From Fistulifera solaris (lineage: Eukaryota): DNA of 64,000 nt. The first letter of the stretch is position 1. Each line of letters opens with the position of its first letter. The DNA lies in assembly GCA_030295235.1 (NCBI GenBank), contig AP026132.1, positions 682,001-746,000 of the forward strand, read 5' to 3'. The translations under genes were made by a program, and so were the position numbers. This document shows positions 61,540-64,000 of this stretch, in pieces. The notes beneath the pieces were generated by a model, which was not told where the DNA came from, searched no databases, and was given only the letters and a program-made list of their open reading frames with translations.

Positions 61540-63936
61540 ATGAAAGCAGGTAATCATACTTCTGAGTCGTCCGACGATGGCTCTTGGAATGGGAAATCGA
61601 AAGATGTACGATTCGCGCAAGTTCCCGAAACGCCGCTCTCCGTGCGCAGTTTACTGTCATGTACCGGCAATAGTGAGACGGGTAGCCTCACCTATGGATC
61701 GCAACATCAGCTCCCGCGTCTTCCAATTCCCTCTCTTTCGGAAACACTGCACAAGCTACAGAATGTCGTCTTGAAAGCATTATTGACCGAAGAAGAAATG
61801 CAGCAAGTCGAACAGGATATTCATGATTTTCAAAGTGGTTTGGGTGCTGCCTTACAAGAGGCACTCATTAATTACGACGAGGAAAGTGCCTCTTCGGGAG
61901 AGATTGGGAGTTACGTAGAGGAATTCTGGAATGAATCGTATTTGGCGTACGATGCGTCCGTCGTATTGAATTTAAACCCCTACTTTGTTCTCGAGGACGG
62001 TCCCGACCCGAAGGTAGCGCACGATCAGCTGAAACGAGCGGCTAGTTTGTGTTTTGCGGCGTCGAAAGTCGCCAGTGCTTTACGAAACGAAACGTTGGAA
62101 CCGGATACGATCAAAGGGAAACCGTTATGTATGGATCAGTTCAAAGTGTTGTTTGGTGCTAGTCGTCAGCCAAGCAGCCATCAAAATGATGATGTGCATG
62201 TTTACAGTGATAGCTGTCACGGTACGTTGTTCGGGGCTAATCTGAATATGGTATAGCACCGTCTTTCGTCTCACCATGCTATTTTTCGTTTAAGTGGCGG
62301 TTTTGTGCAACAATCAGTTCTATTATTTCCCGGTGCTTTGGCCCATGTCCGGAAATGTAGCAGTCGATGAAGGGGACATATTAGAAATCTTACGCGCCAT
62401 AGAGCGACATGCAATGGAGACTAGCCCTGAAGAGGCGAGTAAAGAAGCACTCGGCGTCTTTACGAGTCTACCACGAGCCCAGTGGGCTGCTGCTCGTCAG
62501 GATCTTATTGAGACTTCCGAAGCAAATGAGAATGCTTTGACATTGATCGACTCGGCCCTCTTTGTACTAGTCCTCGACAGTTATGCACCGCAAACCATTC
62601 ACGAAGCAGCGGCAAATATGCTTCATGGAACCAATCAACTGGCAGCTGGGGAAACAGCGCAAATCGGCACTTGCCTGAATCGATGGTATGACAAGTTGCA
62701 GATCATTGTCCTAGCCGACGGCACCAGTGGAATCAACTTTGAGCATTCTTCCATTGACGGCCACACGGCTCTTCGCTTTGTCTCGGATGTTTTTGCCGAA
62801 ACTGTTATTTCCTTTGCCGAAAGTATAGTTGACGTAATTCACGGTCGTGGGCGTATTCAACATGTCGTAGACGCTATAGTTGATCGGGCAGCTGTGTATG
62901 CTGATGAGACGGATCGCCCTGTCCTTGGTGTTGCGCCCAAGAAGATTATATTTCAAATGACAGATCAACTTAGGAAACGAATCTACTTTGCTGAAACTGC
63001 GCTTTGTGACGAACTCAGTGCGAGTGACACCTATGTGCTGGAGTTTAAAGACTACGGCAAATCACTCATCGTTGGGAACAAAATGTCACCAGACTCATTC
63101 GTACAAATGAGTATACTTCTTGCGTATTACAAACTGTATGGGAAGGTTGTGTGTATGTACGAACCCGTGCTAACAAAAGCCTTCTACCATGGTCGAACCG
63201 AAGCCATGAGAAGTGCCACGCCGCTTGCAAAAAGTCTTTTGTGAGGTATGGTGTGATCCTGAGTCGACTAGAGACCAAAAGCTGAGTGCTCTTCGGGCTG
63301 CAGTAACCGAGCATTCCAATCTTGTAAAGGAAAGCGCTGCAGGAAAGGGCGTCGATCGCCACCTTTACAGCCTGAAGTGCATTGCTAAACGGAGTGGTCT
63401 TGCCATACCTGCTTTCTTTGACAGTATCGGGTGGAAAACTTTGAACCATACGGTCCTTTCTACTTCGAATTGTGGCAACCCATCACTCCGTTTATTCGGC
63501 TTCGGCCCTGTTGTTTCCAGATGGTTTCGGAGTTGGGTACATCATTAAAGACCAGGGTTTGACTTATTCTGTATCGAGCAAACATCGGCAAACTCAGCGT
63601 TACGTGCGATCTCTTGCGACCACCTTGAAAGAAATACAAACTCTGCTTCGCCCGCTTTCGAATATCCAAGTTCACAAAAAGAGAACGAATTTGGCTGATA
63701 TCAAGGATTCTTTTAGGGATGGAACCCGTACGCTAGCGCGTCAAGAGTCGTCTGCGATTTCGGAGTATCCAGACATCTGGGGTGAGAGAAGCGCCCCATC
63801 CACTGACCAGAAAGTGGACGACCCTCCATTTGCTGTGCCAACGAAAAGTAAGCCGTTCTTTTCGGTTGTTTCAAGGCAGCACAGTTTCGACCTACTCAGC
63901 AAGATCGATCGACATAACAGTCTTGTCGATCTTTGA
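61540..63936 (+). CDS. Carnitine O-acyltransferase family protein
   Basis: LPRLPIPSL, NRWYDK, GINFEHSSIDG (catalytic His), SPDSFVQM, GRTEAMRS, GKGVDRHL, LSTSN, GFGPV/PDGFGVGY. Intron 62222-62294. Indels at about 63238 and 63515. Confidence 0.92.
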
Positions 63937-64000
63937 AAGTTTCGTTACGAAGCTGATAGATAGTATCAAAAGATTCGGAGGACATTTGTTGCGTCCTGTT

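Noticed and set aside
4260..63520. Mass pseudogenisation or programmed frameshifting/RNA editing
   Set aside because: Breaks sit in homopolymers of all four bases, with no shared slippery motif and no nonsense mutations; sequencing error is the simpler explanation.
1..64000. tRNA, rRNA, CRISPR arrays, transposase or reverse-transcriptase genes
   Set aside because: None recognised by eye; an Infernal, tRNAscan-SE or RepeatModeler run is needed to exclude them formally.

Overview
Gene-dense eukaryotic nuclear DNA, most likely from a diatom. It has short GT-AG introns of about 65-95 nt, several bipartite signal-plus-transit presequences of the ASAFAP type, and a signal-peptide-bearing proteasome alpha subunit. 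About 31 protein-coding genes can be read. Many are split by single-base indels in homopolymer runs, which is best explained by an unpolished long-read assembly rather than by pseudogenes. Recognisable housekeeping genes: HECT E3, SAM carrier, MBF1, NVL/Rix7, ArfGAP, DnaJ, PP2C, DCAF7-like WD40, AKR, MCMBP, COG5, CCT3, IspD and a carnitine acyltransferase. The most unusual elements are: (1) a tandem alpha-kinase locus whose complete gene reads DUF4258/RelE-like domain + vWA + alpha-kinase + pseudo-alpha-kinase; (2) a plastid-targeted multivalent repeat protein (GKSRWG x4), a candidate pyrenoid/condensate linker; (3) a bacterial-type NlpC/P60 protein between two membrane-anchored cyclophilin-like paralogues; (4) a Zn-finger + pseudouridine-synthase + 2OG-Fe(II) oxygenase fusion. 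There are also several non-coding repeat and hairpin structures. All domain calls are by eye from motifs; no database searches were run.
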